Shown in pieces: positions 44,101 to 45,993 of a stretch of 45,993 bases of DNA. The DNA comes from Thraustochytrium aureum (Eukaryota), in contig BLSG01000257.1 of NCBI GenBank assembly GCA_012862495.1, positions 28,015 through 74,007 on the forward strand, given 5' to 3'. Both the position numbers and the translations under genes were made by a program. The stretch's first letter is position 1, and each line of letters begins with the position of its first letter. The notes below the pieces were generated by a model that saw only the letters and a list, made by a program, of their open reading frames with translations, did no database searches and was not told the origin of the DNA.

Positions 44101-44332
44101 CCTCGTGGGCGCTGGGCCTGGGGAGCCGTCCCTGGGTCGAATCTTTCGACCCGTGCTCGTGCTCCTTGCATGACACGTGATCCTTGGCGTCGTGCTCCTT
44201 GCATGACACGTGATCCTTGGCGTCGTGCTCGTCGAGTTTGTGGTACGGCCAAGCCAAGCCCTGTCCATCATCATCACCGCAGCTCGACCCATCGTCGCAG
44301 CAGTCGACGCGTGCGCTTCCTTTGCCATCCAT
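41173..44332 (-). CDS. P1B-2 type Zn/Cd-transporting P-type ATPase (HMA2/ZntA-like); 3' end in gap; apparent frameshifts near 43170-43225 and 41591-41594
   Basis: HMA domains GVCCDVK and GLCCASE; LTGES; CPCALVISTP; DKTGTLT; SPHPLA; MLTGDN; VGDGVND; Lys in QNVAFSILSK, typical of P1B-2. Confidence 0.92.
44158..44230 (-). repeat. 33-bp tandem duplication encoding EHDAKDHVSCK twice in the ATPase N-terminus
   Basis: Unit CGTGCTCCTTGCATGACACGTGATCCTTGGCGT present twice, plus a partial copy. Confidence 0.9.
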
Positions 44333-44739
44333 TCCTGGGCCGCGCGATGGCCCCACAGACCACGCGGTCGCACCGCTCTTGAAACGCCGGCCGGTCCACA
44401 ACGAGATCCGGGTGGCGCCTTGGGAGATGCGTTTGGTTGCCTCCAGTCAGCCAAGATCGTAAGAGCTCCCCAGCCGGCTGCTCTGATCGCCTTCGAAAAC
44501 CTGCAGCGAGTCGCAGGCCTTCCGCACTCGCGCGGCTGCGGCCCCGTAGCGTTTCACGTCAGCGACCAGTCGTGTCGTGTCGTGTCGTGTCTTGTCGTCC
44601 CGGGGATGCAGGTCTGTTCTGGTGGCGGTCCAGGTGCGCACGCATGGCGTTCTCCCAATCGAACGAACGCACTCCACAGTCATAGCTAACAAGTCTGGCT
44701 CTCACTCAACCAAGCGGGTAAGAAATCATCGCGTTTCTC

Positions 44740-44810
44740 TCTCCCATGGTGTAATGGCAGCACAACAGACTCTGACTCTGTAGACCTCGGTTCGATTCCG
44801 GGTGGGAGAA
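44740..44810 (+). tRNA. tRNA-Gln, anticodon CTG
   Basis: Cloverleaf: acceptor TCTCCCA/TGGGAGA, D-arm GTGTAATGGCAGCAC, anticodon stem ACAGA/TCTGT with loop CTCTGAC, T-arm CTCGG-TTCGATT-CCGGG; no encoded CCA. Confidence 0.92.
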
Positions 44811-44812
44811 CA

Positions 44813-44833
44813 TTTCTTTTGCATTTTTCTTTT
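44813..44833 (+). terminator. Pol III oligo-T terminator downstream of the tRNA
   Basis: TTTT and TTTTT runs within about 25 nt of the tRNA 3' end. Confidence 0.6.
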
Positions 44834-45993
44834 CCTTCACGCACGGCGAAGCTCGAGTGTTCGTTTGTCGGGAGCGAGAGACGTTCTTTTGTTCGTTCTT
44901 TGCTTCTTTGTTGGAGCGAAGCTTGTTTGTTCGTTTCTTGCGGAACGCAATCCTGCGGCCGGCCCGCGGGGCCATCTAGGCATCATATCGATCTATTCGC
45001 GATAATACTCGCAGTCCACCCCATCAGTTTATATGTGTTTCTCGGCTATACTCCGTTGCGCGACTCCCCGTTGTGCTCCCACCACCCGCTTCTGCCCCCC
45101 TGTTCTGCGGCGTCCACACCTTGGCCCGGGCTGCCGCTGTTCTGCGATGCGGCACGGATTTGCTTGGCTGGCCGTGCAGGGCAAGGCGGCAAGCGCGCGG
45201 GCGGCGGGCGGGCAGACCCTTGACGCGGCCCTGGAGGCGCGGCTGCGAGGAGCGGTAAGTGCGGATGCGTGCGAGGCGCGTGGGCGCCCGGGACGGCTCG
45301 GAGGGCGGATGGATGGGCGGGCGCGCGGGCGGGCGCGCGGGCGGACCCAAGGGATTATACAACTAGATGACGAGATCGAACGCCCCTGCGACGCGTTTCG
45401 CCGAGCGGGGGCGGCTATTGAGAACAAACGAGGCATTTGTATGATGGGTTGGCTCTGTGGTGCTGTGCTGTGCAGGAGGGAGAGGAGGAGGGCGGCGCGG
45501 CCGAGGAAGCCTGACCGTGTAACTGCCTTGACTGTTTCCATCGGCGATGGCAGCGTCAAAAGCGGGCGAAATCGGTGGGGCGGCGCGCTACCAGGCATTT
45601 GCCTGGGAAACGTGCTGTCAGCCAAGCTGGCTGCTTGTCTGCCGGGGGCTGCAAACGCCGATCGGTCACCGACCTGACAGCCGCTGACATGCTTTCCTTT
45701 TCTGAATGCGCAGTCCCTTCCCGCTCAGTCCAGCTCGCGTATCCAGTCTTTTTTGTTTAGCTGTGTGGTGCTAGCAGCAACACAATAATGCCGAAACGAT
45801 CCAGGTCAGCGTCGCTGCTGAGCGACCCGGGCACGGTCCAGTCGCCCTTTCGACAGTGCGCCCTCGAGTGCACGATGAGCCTGCCCCCAGCATACATTGG
45901 GCGCGAACAGCAGGGTATCCACGAACTGCTCAACGCGCGGCTGATCGAGTACGACGAGCGCCTGGGCGGCGTTTTGCTTGCGTACTCGCACGT

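Noticed and set aside
110..44332. Metal-homeostasis cluster of ferroportin and P1B ATPase
   Set aside because: The genes are about 40 kb apart with unrelated genes between them.
45033..45993. ORFs at the right end (45033-45677 plus strand; 45806-45991 minus strand)
   Set aside because: No recognisable similarity. The terminal minus-strand piece may be the 3' end of a gene outside the window, but its frame is ambiguous.

Overview
GC-rich, gene-dense eukaryotic nuclear DNA from a gapped draft scaffold. It has few short GT-AG introns (GTGCGT/GTACGT/GTAAGT donors, CTRAY-type branch points). The style suggests a stramenopile protist such as a labyrinthulomycete/thraustochytrid, but that is inference. 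Genes in order: ferroportin-like transporter (3' part); secreted IPT-G8-beta-helix-WSC (fibrocystin-L-like) protein; class I myosin; stand-alone MICAL-type flavoprotein monooxygenase; giant membrane protein with a long ectodomain and two PqiA/LetA domains; GTGGGAAC repeat array; PTD/SPO16/ERCC1-like HhH protein; homocysteine S-methyltransferase; two GOST-type 7TM proteins; ATG8; GINS Psf3; large LRR protein; CDC48-family AAA protein with degenerate Walker B motifs; bacterial-like SAM methyltransferase; hypothetical protein; tandem cathepsin X/Z; P1B-2 heavy-metal ATPase; and a tRNA-Gln(CTG) with a bacterial-style acceptor stem. About 10 apparent frameshifts can each be repaired by +/-1 base in a homopolymer run, so they are read as sequencing errors rather than pseudogenes. 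The best leads for undescribed biology are the MICAL-next-to-myosin-I pair and the PqiA/LetA fusion to a putative lipid-binding ectodomain. All protein family calls come from motif recognition, not database searches.
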